Assembly: GCA_002269645.1 (NCBI GenBank)
Contig: NIVC01000440.1
Coordinates: forward strand, 248,001-312,000
Reading direction: 5' to 3'
Length of the DNA: 64,000 nucleotides
Source: Macrostomum lignano
Taxonomy: Eukaryota
The notes below the pieces were generated by a model. That model did no database searches and was not told the DNA's origin. It worked only from the letters and a program-made list of their open reading frames with translations. The position numbers were made by a program, and so were the translations under genes. Positions 1 through 13,052 of the stretch are shown piece after piece (position 1 is the first letter of the stretch; the number at the start of each line of letters is the position of its first letter).

Positions 1-804
1 CTTGGTGAGAACACCTCAGTTTTCCAAGCTGAAATTTGCGCCATTGAGCAGTGTGCCCAGCAACTGTTTCAGGCGAACATTAATAATTTTGACATTAATT
101 TCTACACTGATAGCCAAGCTGCTATTAAGGCCTTAACCACTGAGAATATCTCCGCTGCTACAGTATCTCAATGCCACCGCAGTGTGCAATCTCTCTCAGT
201 CCTTAACAGGATTAGAATTATCTGGACACCTGGTCACAGCAACATCCTGGGCAACGAGCTCGCGGACTCTCTCGCCAAGGAGGGCAGCAACCCAGACGGC
301 AACCACCGTCTGATGAGGCTACCCACTCCCAGGTCGCAAGTCACCCGCCATATCAACAGGTGGCTCCATCAGCAGCACCAGCTCCACTGGAACAGCTGCA
401 CCGAGTACAGGCAGAGCCGCTCTGCCATGCCTAACCTGAACAGGAAAGTCTCTGATTATCTGATTTCGCTTAACAGAACCGACCTCAGGGAGATGTGCAT
501 GGTCCTAACCGGCCACGGATTCTTCCAGAGACATATATTGTTGCAAACCGGTTGCCCTCCCACCTGTCCCTTCTGTGGCATAGGAGAGGAGACCGCGGAG
601 CATCACGTCACCTTCTGCCCTTACTTCAACAAGGCGCGGCACAAATACCTCGGCCACCCCCAGCGGATGGACGAGCTGACCACCGCGGACAATATCCGAG
701 ACCTCCGCGCCTTCGTCCGGGACTCCGGCCGGATGAGGGTCGCCGATGCCTCCACTGCGGACCTGCCGACTACTGGCGGGGACTGGGCGCACCCCCAAGG
801 CTAA
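1..804 (+). CDS. Retrotransposon ORF2 C-terminus: RNase H plus C-terminal zinc knuckle (5' partial)
   Basis: Frame 1 is open from base 1. It contains [22 protein letters not shown] and [21 protein letters not shown] (RNase H acidic motifs), then LTGH...CPFCG..ETAEH..FCP. Confidence 0.9.
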   Translation, partial: LGENTSVFQAEICAIEQCAQQLFQANINNFDINFYTDSQAAIKALTTENISAATVSQCHRSVQSLSVLNRIRIIWTPGHSNILGNELADSLAKEGSNPDGNHRLMRLPTPRSQVTRHINRWLHQQHQLHWNSCTEYRQSRSAMPNLNRKVSDYLISLNRTDLREMCMVLTGHGFFQRHILLQTGCPPTCPFCGIGEETAEHHVTFCPYFNKARHKYLGHPQRMDELTTADNIRDLRAFVRDSGRMRVADASTADLPTTGGDWAHPQG

Positions 805-895
805 TCCTTGTGCTCTTTTACCTTGGGGTTGCGATAGGGGCCTCGCGGCCTATTCGCGGCGCCTGCGCCCCCCGTCAGTAGTAGTAGTAGTAGTA
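1..895 (+). mobile_element. 3' end of an RNase H-containing non-LTR retrotransposon (I-group, Loa/Lian/Nimb-like), cut by the window start
   Basis: ORF2 C-terminus with RNase H and a CCHC-like motif, a short GC-rich 3' UTR (805-876) and an (AGT)n tail at 877-895. Confidence 0.85.
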
Positions 896-2840
896 AGGTT
901 AGGGTTGGGGTTAGAGGGTTCAGGTCAAGATTGGTAGTCAATTTATAGCATGTTGATATTTGTTATTAATCATACATGCGCAACCCCCCTGATTTACACT
1001 GGCCATGCGATTTACTTTTTGACCAAAAATGCGACTTACCTGTCAAAAAACCCAAAATTTTGGGTAAACGACAGGAGTAACTATAACTGTCTTATAAGGG
1101 CTAAATGCCTCGTCATCTAACTAGTGCTACGTCTGTATTCTTTGGGGTGGGCATTTTTGCGACTTACCCCTGGTCCACCAAAATTTACAGTGGCCAGATC
1201 GGCCAGGTCGGCCAGCAGTTGCGCATGCATGTTATTAATAGTAAAATGCCTACTAAGTTTTTGTGTTATAGTTTATATAAAATATTAAACAACTTATACT
1301 TAAACTCAAAAAACAAAATTTGCTATAGTTAAGGACTTTAATGAGGGTCCCATGATTAGCCAATGCCCATATGTATATAGAAGGCAAATTTCAATAAAAA
1401 CAAAAAAGTTAATATATAGTCATATAGACTAGGTTTTTTGGAAATGATTAGGCCCTAGCTTTGTAATGCAATTATATAAATAAAATGAAATTTGAAATTA
1501 GAAATACAAAAAAATAAAGAAAGTTAGGCTAATTTGTCATAAGAAAAACTTTAAAAATATTTATTTAGCTTTCTGCCTTTCTTTAAAATGATAATAAATA
1601 AGGGTTAGACAAGATCTTGATCTTGGTTATCAAGATCTTAGAACTTTAATAAATGGCTATTAAAAAAACTTATCTTTACAAAAATAGATGCTTTCGATTA
1701 TTTTATTAAGCCTATGCTGCCTATTTTTAAAATTAAGAAATGGTAATTTCCAGCATTAAAAGCCAACAATTGTTAGGCCCTAGGCCTATTGTGACTGTTT
1801 ACAGTGATTATATAAATAGTAAGACAGTTGTTTTAATAGTCAATATATAAAACAAATCTATATACAGTATACTAATTTTGTGCTGTTTGTCAGTCAGTCA
1901 GCCAGTCAGTTGGTCTGTCATTGATTTTTTTAGAACTATCTCTCTGGTCTGGCCAATTTTTTTTTAAATCAGCTTTTAAAAAATTGTATTTTTTAATTTT
2001 TAGCATTCATGTATAACTTTTTTGATGGAAAATTCAATTGGAAAGGGGGTCAAATATTTAATATATAAGAAATATAAATTCAAATATATTTAAAGGCCTA
2101 TATTTATTATTTTAGCCTTGGGCCTAAAATTGACTTTTTAGACTTTAATGCCTTGCTAGGGGGCCTACTACAGCTAGGCTACAGCCTATGGCTATAGCTA
2201 GGCCTACAGGTAGGTTGTTAGGCCCCTAACAATCACAATCTCAAAAAATAATTGGTTCAATAACCGAGTTCAATTAAATTAATTTATATACTTTAAATTT
2301 AAATTAATTTTTGTGAAATTGAAACCAGGGGCAGGGCAGTAGGGCCTAGCCTAAGCCTAAGTGGCTCAGGCAAAACAGCCAATCTTAGGCAGTCTAGCAC
2401 TCCTAGCAGTCTGATTTCTGAGCTGTAGTTTAATTGGTGTTTGACGAATAATACGAAAACTTTGAAATATTTTTAAACAGCAAATAATAAGGTTATCATA
2501 TTGTTTTATGCGATATCTATAAACATTTAATATTAATCAAATTTGGCCGAACGCATATTTCCCTGATTTAAAACGTTATTTTTACCTCGATACAACAAAC
2601 TTAAAGAGAAAGAAACTGTGGTCTCTTGTATTTATGTACTTAAAGATGATTTAAAAAAGAATAACTTTTTATATTAATAAATGTTTAAAATAAGCTATCT
2701 GCTTTAGAGTGGTTTGTGTTTTTTAAGTTAAATTAAGATCTGACATTTTTGCAGGATTTTTTGTAATGCACGTGTTAAACATTCTTTTTAGTAGAATTAC
2801 TGAATAATATATAATTTTTGTTCCTTTGTGTGTACTAAAA

Positions 2841-4264
<1,424 letters not shown>

Positions 4265-4865
4265 CATCTGCTTGGCTTGGATTTTTAGAACTTCAAAAAG
4301 TGAACATTTTAACAATTATGAATTTACATAAATGCATGCTAGCTTTGATTTACTTAAGCGTGTTCCATTTGAAATACATTTATAAACAATTCCGTCCGTT
4401 AAACGGTGACCAATCATATATCAAGGACCACTAAAAGTAACCGTTGTATCAGGACGCAACACTCGTAGATATTGCAAAATTATTTGAAGGGCACACAGGT
4501 AGTTTTATCGCCAGGTTGCTTTAAATTTGGTTTTATTTAAGATGACAGCAAGTTTTACATGTACACCAATTTTGGAGATTCTGTGGATCAAAGAGGACGT
4601 CATCTAAAAGCACCTAAAAGCCGAAGTCCCAGTAGGCAGTAGGCAGCTCACAAGACGCCTCACGACAGATCAGGATGCCTCTGACGGGCCACGCCCTCAT
4701 GTCCTGTGGCGGCAGCTCAACTTCCTGAGTTTGCCGCGAGGTCCGAGTCGCGATCCTCGGGCTGCCGCGCCGCGCTGGCCTTCTAATTGTAATTCCTTAA
4801 TCTGATCGGACAATTGTACATGCAGTCAGAAAGCAGAGTCGGAATAAATAGTTCCTTAAATTCGA

Positions 4866-6375
4866 GAAACTGACACCCAGCTGACACCCAACTGAAACCC
4901 AACTGCAGACACCCAGCTGACACCCAACTGAAACCCAACTGCAGACACCCAACTGAAACCCAACTGCAGACACCCAACTGATACCCAACTGACACCCAAC
5001 TGACACCCAACTGATACCCAACTGACACCCAACTGACACCCAACTGATACCCAACTGACACCCAACTGACACCCAAATGATACCCAACTGACACCCAACT
5101 GACACCCAACTGATACCCAAATGACACCCAACTGACACCCAACTGATACCCAACTGACACCTAACTGATACCCAACTGACACCCAACTGACACCTAACTG
5201 ACACCCAGGTGACACCCAACTGAAACCCAACTGCAGACACCCAACTGATACCCAACTGACACCCAACTGACACCCAACTGATACCCAACTGACACCCAAC
5301 TGACACCTAACTGACACCCAGCTGACACCCAACTGACACCCAACTGCAGACACCCAACTGATACCCAACTGACACCTAACTGATACCCAACTGACACCCA
5401 ACTGACACCTAACTGACACCCAACTGACACCCAACTGATACCCAACTGACACCCAACTGACACCTAACTGACACCCAGCTGACACCCAACTGACACCCAA
5501 CTGCAGACACCCAACTGATACCCAACTGACACCTAACTGATACCCAACTGACACCCAACTGACACCTAACTGACACCCAGGTGACACCCAACTGAAACCC
5601 AACTGCAGACACCCAACTGATACCCAACTGACACCCAACTAACACCCAACTGATACCCAACTGACACCCAACTGACACCTAACTGACACCCAGCTGACAC
5701 CCAACTGACACCCAACTGCAGACACCCAACTGATACCCAACTGACACCCAACTGACACCCAACTGACACCCAACTGATACCCAACTGACACCCAACTGAC
5801 ACCCAACTGACACCCAACTGATACCCAACTGACACCCAACTGCAGGGGCGTAGCCAGGAATATTGATTGGGGGGGGGGCGCGGTGAGTTAGGGGGCGCCA
5901 GTTTCTTATAGAGGGGGGGCGCCAGTTTCTTATAGGGGGGGGGGGGGCGCGAGTTTCTTATAGGGGGGGGGGCGCCAGTTTCTTATAGGGGGGGGGGGGC
6001 GCCAGTTTCTTATAGGGGGGGGCGCCAGTTTCTTATAGGGGGGGGGGCGCCAGTTTCTTATAGGGGTCGCCAGTTTCAGGGGGGGCAGTTTTTTTAGGGG
6101 GAGGGCAGTTTATTTATGGGGGGGGCGCCAGGAAAGCGGCAGCATTTTCAAAGGGGCGGCAAAGCGCAGTTCTGGGGGGGGGGGGCGCCAAGGCCAGAGT
6201 TGGTGATTGGGGGGGGGCCGCGGCCCCCTTGCCCCCCCTCTGGCTACGCCCCTGCCCAACTGATACCCAACTGACACTTAACTAACACCCAACTGACACT
6301 CAACTAACACCCAACTGACGCTCAACTGACACCCAACTGGCATCCAACTGACACCAACTGACACCCGGCTGACAC
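4866..6375. repeat. 11-bp satellite (gacacccaact and variants), interrupted by a MITE
   Basis: Tandem array at about 4866-5842 that resumes at about 6255-6375. Confidence 0.95.
5843..6254. mobile_element. MITE-like element with 15-bp TIRs and an internal GGCGCC-core tandem repeat
   Basis: CAGGGGCGTAGCCAG at 5843 and CTGGCTACGCCCCTG ending at 6254 are exact reverse complements. The interior has (G)n-ggcgccagtttcttata units. No clear TSD. Confidence 0.8.
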
Positions 6376-6937
6376 CTCGATTATCCTTGCAGAACCGTTA
6401 ACAGATCGAAGTACAGTGATTGCTTGACAGAAATAAATATTTAGATTAAAGAAAATTCCGTGTATTTTTTTCATAGCTTCATGAAATGTGAAATTTAGTT
6501 AGAAAAAAACGTTGTGCGCTGGCACGGTAAAGAAACTACAATATTAAGTTTTATAACGGGTGGTAATAAAATATTTTCAAAATTTTCTCTAGTTAAAAAT
6601 GTATAGAATAAAATAAAACAAAATAAGGCAAAAATAATATAACTTGCATCGCACACCTAGAGATAATTAAAGCTGCTTAAAAGATTTTTCACCTGAACCA
6701 AAAAATCCAATATTCTTTGACTTGGGATAAAATGTGCAAATAGACTACGGAATTAAAACAAAAGCTGGTGAATTAAGTCGTCAAAATCCACAGATGAGAT
6801 TATAGGATCAGAATTGTTACGCTTTGCAGATGGGTTAGAGGCAAAAATCCATCATAGGTGGGATTAGATGGATTGAAAATAACTGGTAGGTGGATTACTA
6901 AATCGGAGTGAATCAGAGTTTCCAAACCTCAGACAGA

Positions 6938-7946
6938 TTATGGAACGCAGCCGCTCAGGTGGAACAGCTGGTTGATGACATCCTCAGTCAGGTACTTGTT
7001 AGCCATGGCCACCGTCTTCACTGTGCCGGCCAGCCTTCCAAACGGGTCGTTGAAATATCGCCAACCAATTTTGATGCAGAAGTCGGCAGTGCGATTGTTG
7101 TTATTATCGTTTTAGAGAGTGACGTTACTGTCGGACAGGAAGGCGCCATTATAGTACAGCTTGGACTTGCCCGTCACGTCTGAGACGTCGAAGGCAGAAC
7201 CGATGGCAGAATCTGCTGCTTGGACATGAGGCTGCGGTGTCCGTTCTGGATGTACAGCCGCCTGGTGTCCTTGGGGCTGCTGTAGCCCCACTCCCACAGG
7301 TGCAGCCAGTACTCTGTAAAGCTGCTGCAGTCGGTCAGCTTGATGAAGACGTTCACTTCAGGCGTCCTGCTGACCTCCATGAGCCAGGTGAAGCTGCTGT
7401 TGAAGTCGAGGCCCCGCGTGTCCGTCACCCGCGACGTAGCGCCGTCCATCCTGGCGCCGTCGCTGGCCCAGGCGACCCCGTCGTGCTCAACGGAGTTCCT
7501 CTGGCCGCGGGCGTCGCAGACCAGATTTTCCAGCCGAGCCCGCGGTTGCCGACCCACACGGCGGCGAAGTGCCGGTTGTCGACGAGGGCGTCCAACTCGG
7601 AGTCCACGAACATCTCGCAGTCGGCCGAGCCCAGCGCGGGGTCGTCGGGCGGGCTGCTCAGGCTGAGCAGGTGGCAGACTCGGCTGAACAGGAACAGCGA
7701 GCAGGCGGAGCTGCGCCGGTGCCGCTGCACCACCCCGACGCCCGACAGCGGCTGCCAGCGGGCCCGGATGACGCACTCGAGCGGGGAGGCTGCGGGAGCG
7801 GGCAGGGCCCAGGCGGCCAGGGACTGGCTGAGGCAGGGCCGCCAGAAGGCGGGCAGGTAGGCGGCGGAGGCGGCCGGCGGCAGGACGACAAAGGAGAGCA
7901 GAAGGCAGGCCAGCAGCGGGGCCGCGAAGTCCTTGGCGAGCGACAT
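6938..7946 (-). pseudogene. Secreted PAN/Apple-like + LamG/pentraxin-like protein with 2 frameshifts and 1 in-frame stop
   Basis: Signal peptide MSLAKDFAAPLLACLLLSFVVLPPAASA. The coding frame shifts near 7540 and near 7207, and there is an in-frame TAA at 7112-7114. The LamG-like tail KLYYNG...IKIGWRYFNDPFGRLAGTVKTVAMANKYLTEDVINQLF continues to a TAA at 6938. Confidence 0.65.
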
Positions 7947-8527
7947 GTCGATCTGCTGCTTCCAGGAGAGATTGTTGCAGAAATAGGAGAAATTTTTCCG
8001 CTAATATACAGCTGCTCCAGACGGACTAATTGATTGTTGAGTCAATAATAATCAGATTTTAACTGTGACAGATTAATTCCTAAAGGGGCTGAAATGCCTG
8101 CTTGTGATGGCGTTTTAACTGGCATAATTAGGTCAGATTTTTGTCTCTCCCTCTGTTTGCTTTGGATACAGGCAGAAATGCAAATTAATGGATGCTTTTG
8201 CATTTGAAGGATAATCAATTAAATTTCTGTGTCTAAATGCATTTCAACAGTTGAAAGATGGATCGATGCAGGCGCTAAAAACATTACGGGTGTTTGCCTT
8301 GTTGCTGCGCCCACCCCTCGCCAGCAGCAGGAAAGCTCGAGAGAGTGGCGTCTGCGATCTTCGTACAGGCTGGAGACCCGGATCCAGCTGTTCCAGTGCA
8401 GCGGCCAAGCCATCGGTGAACGGCGCGGTCGTCTAGTGGTCCTTGTCACCTGGCTTTGTGCACCCATGATAGGTTTTTTGTTTTGCATACATAGTATAAT
8501 AATGAAAGTAGCAGTAATGTACATGTA

Positions 8528-9077
8528 TTATCATCATCATCAGATCCATAGCCATCCTGCTCAGCTGAACCAGACTCTCTCCACTCTACTGCCTGTCCAG
8601 CCACCTTGTGACCCTTGACTCTGCCCCTCTGTCCCTGAGCAACACCCACCACCTTCAACCACAGCCTTCAGCACTTCATCGCTCCTCTCAACGTGCCCGG
8701 CGAAACGGAATTTCCTTCTTTTGATCAGATCCACTTTCTCCTTCCAGGAAATGCCCTGCATCCTTCTGTAGATCTTCATCTAGAAAGCTCTCAGTCGCTT
8801 TTTCTTTTCCATTGTCCAGCTCTCACACGCAGAGAGAGAGAGAGAATAGTTGCCGTGGCTAACGAGCTCATTAGCAGCATTTTATTTTCATGTGGATGTT
8901 TTTTGCTGCCCAGATGTTGTTCAGTTTCCCTAGCCGAATCTCCATGCCTGACTTTCCATTGTCTTCTGATCGATATGCAAGGAAGGTAAAGCTCCTTATG
9001 TGTTCCGAATGTACACAATAACCGTCAAATTCCCCAAACCGATTCTCCCTATCCCTCCTCTTGCCCGTCATCATCAC
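8528..9077 (-). mobile_element. Degenerate 5'-truncated RTE-type LINE
   Basis: Frame-broken pieces FTFLAYRSEDNGKSGMEIR..KLNNIWAAKNIHMKIK and MKIYRRMQGISWKEKV..IKRRKFRFAGHVERS...LKAVVEG match the RTE ORF C-terminus. A (TGA)n tail lies at about 8528-8542. Confidence 0.75.
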
Positions 9078-10045
9078 TGCTCAAGCTTGAAGGCAAGCCT
9101 GACGAAACTGAAGCAAATTGCAACTTAGATGTGGACTCAACTTAGAAGGATTTACAAGTGGAATAAAATATATGTCGATATGCTAGATAGCATAGTACAG
9201 CTTAACCATGACCATAAAATATATCCACACAGCTATATTCAAGTATATAGATTACAACTATCTTAAAGACTTTTATTTCAATAAAACATCATAAAGACAT
9301 AATCGCAAGGTCTTGAGTGCTTGAGTACTTAAGTACTTGAGTACTTGAGTACTTGAGTACTTGAGTACTTGAGTTAATTTGTTCATAAAGACGTAAGCGG
9401 ATGAATAGAAAACTATTTTATAATTTACAAGCAAATGTTCAATGTAAAAAAATAAATAGAATTTGGACATTTATAATTTTTTTGAGCACATGTAGAGATC
9501 ATGTACATGTAGAACTTAGTGAGCTCATACACGTACATATCCATACATTCATAATTGTCAATCCGGGGTCAGATATGGGTCATCTATGCAACGATTTGGA
9601 TTTTGAATTTCATCTGGGATTGAGTACCCCGAGACTCTTCGATTCGATAGGGCTGTCTATCTGAAATTAAATGTTATCGAAGTTATGGGATTACCTAGGA
9701 ATTGAGATTATCTCAGATTCAGAAATATGTTAGATTTGCAACTATAGGTCCAGGAGTTTAGATTATCAGGGATATTAAGGATGATCAGGGGGGCTTAAGA
9801 TTATCTTTGATTGAAGATTATCTGGGGTTCGGGAATATCTAGAGTTGGGGAATATCTGTGATTGGGGATTATCGTGCGTTGGGGATTATCTGGGGTTAGG
9901 AATTATTCAGAGTCGGGGATTATATGTGATAGGGGTTATTCGGGATCGATATTACCTGTAATCGGAAGTTCTTTGGGATTTTAAGTGTCTGGGATTTGAG
10001 ACCATCAATTTTCTTAGCAGTATTCCCCTGTAATCCTCAATTTAA

Positions 10046-13000
10046 TCAATCGCACCCCGCATTCGCAGTCAGCAGCCGCAGCGACACACTGCCATGCTCC
10101 GAAGCTCCGTAGCCGACAGCACTGTCGCCACTCAACATCTGACAGTCGATGCCGCTACCGCCGTCGCAGAAGCTGCCGCCGCCGCCGCCGCTGTCGGTGT
10201 AGTACAGCCCGGCCCCGCCGCCGCTGTAGCCGCCGCCGCCGCCCGCCGCTCCGTAGCACTCCTGCGTCGCGTCCGACTCCGTCGTGTAGCCGCCGCCGCC
10301 TCCGCCGCCGCCAAATCCGCCGTCACCGCCGCGGAGGTTGCCAGCTAGCGAGCCGTTGAACCCGCCGACGCCGCCAAGCCAGCCGTTGGCGAGGCCGCCG
10401 CCTCCGTCGCCGTCGATGGCGCTCCGACGCGGATTGACCGGCGAGCCGACGACCCAGCCAGCGCCGCAGCCGCCGTGGTTGCTGAAGTCGAGCTGGCTGG
10501 CTGTCGACATGCTGGCCGGTTCGTTGAACCCCGGCTGGCCGAGTGTGCCGCCCACGCCGTGGAAGCCGTCTCCTGTCGATGAGCCGTGCGAGTTGCTGCC
10601 GTTGCTGCTGCTGGTGCCGTGCATGCCTGGGGCGAGGGAGTCGGTGACATCTTCATCTTCATACTTCTCACGGCCTTATTCTTATTCTCGGCTTATGCCT
10701 CACTCATACCTCATTTTCTTTACTCCTCAAAGTTGTTTTAAGACGCAAAATCTTAAATTACAAATCTGATGTTCGAGCAGTATGGTTCTCTAGTCCAAAA
10801 ATCAAATCCAAAATTTAAAATCCCATGTGTCAACTCCCAAATTTAAAATCTCAAATCCCGAATCCCAACTCCCAAATCCCAAATCCCAAATTCCAAATTC
10901 CAAATCCCGAATTCCAAATACCAAATCCCAAATCTCTAATTCAAAATCCGAAATCCGAAGTCCCAATTCCCAAATCTCAAATCCCAAATCCCAGATTCCA
11001 AATCTCAAATCCAAAATCACAAATCCCAAATCCCTACTTCCAAATCCCGAATCTCAAATCCCATATCACAAATCCCAAATCCCTACTTCCAAATCCCGAA
11101 TCCCAAATCCCATATCACAAATCCCAAATCCCTACTTCCAAATCCCGAATCCCAAATCCCAACTCCCAAATCCCAAATTCCAACTCCCGAATTCCAAATC
11201 CCAAATCACAAATCCCTAATCCCAGATTCCAACTCCCGAATTCCAAATCCCAAATCCCAACTCCCAAATTCCAAATCTCAAATCCCAAACCCCAAATCCC
11301 AAATCCCAGATTCCAAATCCCAAATCCCAAACCCCAAATCCCAAATCCCAGATACCAAATCTCAAATCCCAAACCCCAAATCCCAAATCCCATTTAAAAT
11401 CTCACCGCCAGCCCAGTATGTGGCACCGCCGCCCCCGCCAGCGGCCAGGTACAACCTTGCTGGTTCGCCGTCGCCAGTGGCGCCTCTGTACACAAAGCTG
11501 CCGCCGCCGCCTCCGCCGCCTCGACTTCCGACGGCGCTGCCGGTGGCGCCTCCAGCCTGGCCGACCACTACAGACAGCTGGACGCCGATCGGGAAAACAA
11601 ATTTGCCAGTCGCCATGGCGCCGAGACCGCCGGGCTGGTTCTCCTCGAAGCTTCGACCGCCTTTGGCGCCGCGAGCGGTCAGCAGGTAGCAACCAGCCAC
11701 GGGTGTGGTGGCAGTTTGAACCGAGCCAGTGCGACCTGTGCTGCTGTCTGAGTGTGCCGATTGGATCAGATTAGAGTGGGATCAAAGTAGATGGGGATCA
11801 AAGTGAAACGTAATCAATATTCCCACATGTACGGCGCTTTGGATCATATCAGGATGGGATCCTATTGGGATCACATCGGGATGGGATCATATAGGGATGG
11901 GATCATATCGGGATGGGATCATATCGGGATGGGATCATATCGGGATGGGATCATATCGGGATGGGATCACATCGGGATGGGATCATATCGGGATGGGATC
12001 ATATCGGGATGGGATCATATCGGGATGGGGTCATATCGGGATGGGATCATATCGGGATGGGATCATATCGGGATGGGATCATATCGGGATGGGATCATAT
12101 CGGGATGGGATCATATCGGGATGGGATCATATCGGGATAGGATATCATACTCTCTGAGATCTCTTACTCGAAAAGTTCATATAGACGCTTTGACCGAGTA
12201 GATTTCGAAAATTCTCCTCCAGCCACACCTGGCTGCCGGAGTTTCCGAGTAGACGATGTTGGAAGCTGTGGGCAGGCGGGCTGTCTGCAAGGTTGCGTAT
12301 GATCACCAGTTGGCAGAGTTGGCCAGTCAGGACTGCGGCTGAGCACCCCAGTTGTCGACAGCGAGCTACGCAGTCGAGTTCCCGGTTGCCAGCAAAGCTG
12401 GTGACATTGATCACCTGGCTGCTGATTGTTGAGTCCAGCTCGAGCAAGGCGCTGCTTGACAGGCGGTAGTTGCGGCATCGAGTTGGTGAGGCTGCCAGGA
12501 CCAGAGTGACTGAAACTCGATAATTATTATAGATTGAGATTGATTGCTAATTCCATAATTAAGTAGTTAATTGAGCTAATTAAGGTAATTGACAACTTTC
12601 AATTTTCTGCACGGATTTTAGATTAGTTTTTGCGCAAGACATTTAGGTATGAAGAAGATGTAAATGGGTACATGTGCATGTAGATAAATATGTAAAGTAG
12701 AAAGAGATGCAGGTAGGAAGGTAGAGGTAGGTAGATAAGTGTACGTAGGCAGGATGGTAGGTACGTAGGTAAGTAGATAGATAATTGGGTAGCAGGTATA
12801 AGTATGCACTTGTGAGATATTTAGGTAGGTAGGTTCTTTGTTAGGTTGATAGGTTGGTAGGTAGGTAAGGTAGGCAGGTAGGCACTAAGGCAGGCAGGTA
12901 GGCAGGTAAGGTAGGCAAGTTGGTAGGTACGTAGGCAGGTAGGCAGGTAGATAATAGGTTAGATGCATGTGCAACTTACGCAGTTGGTTCGCACTCAAGA

Positions 13001-13052
13001 TCACGAGAGCAGATGCAACACAGAGAGTGGAATATAACCTCCGGAGTAGCAT
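10046..13052 (-). CDS. Secreted PAN/Apple + ALK/LTK-type glycine-rich-domain protein A, 4 exons (13052-12980, 12509-12195, 11747-11406, 10626-10046), 436 aa
   Basis: All introns are phase 1 and join into 1311 nt. Signal MLLRRLYSTLCVASALVILSA; PAN-like RELDCVARCRQLGCSAAVLTGQLCQL; GRD motifs GSVQTATTPVAGCYLLTARGAKGG, VVVGQAG, GGGGGSFV, LAAGGGGG, GGFGGGGGG, GGGGGYSGG and GGGGGSFC. The donor at 12194 (GTCAAA) is weak. Confidence 0.8.
10800..11395. repeat. Degenerate 7-bp (cccaaat) satellite, gene A intron 3
   Basis: Direct inspection. Confidence 0.9.
11850..12140. repeat. 16-bp minisatellite (gggatgggatcatatc), gene A intron 2
   Basis: Direct inspection. Confidence 0.92.
12690..12960. repeat. 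Degenerate (AGGT)n/(AGGC)n tract, gene A intron 1
   Basis: Direct inspection. Confidence 0.8.

Noticed and set aside
310-460. CTGATGAG as a hammerhead ribozyme core
   Set aside because: It lies inside the RNase H coding frame, with no supporting stems.
897-920. True telomere or chromosome end
   Set aside because: Only three imperfect units, at an internal position.
4590-4782. GC-rich segment after a minus-strand AG as a terminal exon
   Set aside because: Two frames are briefly open but show no recognisable motif, and no upstream exon could be linked.
4783-5839. Several VSWVSVGCQLG-repeat ORFs
   Set aside because: Products of the 11-bp satellite.
7112-7114. Non-standard genetic code or stop readthrough explaining the in-frame stops
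   Set aside because: The intact conserved genes use TAA and TGA as normal terminators, and the stops co-occur with frameshifts.
8219-8524. Overlapping ORFs upstream of the PAN-LamG gene
   Set aside because: No domain or convincing splice structure; partly overlaps the RTE tail.
10802-11397. QIPNPKS / GFGIWDL repeat ORFs
   Set aside because: 7-bp intronic satellite in gene A; not coding.
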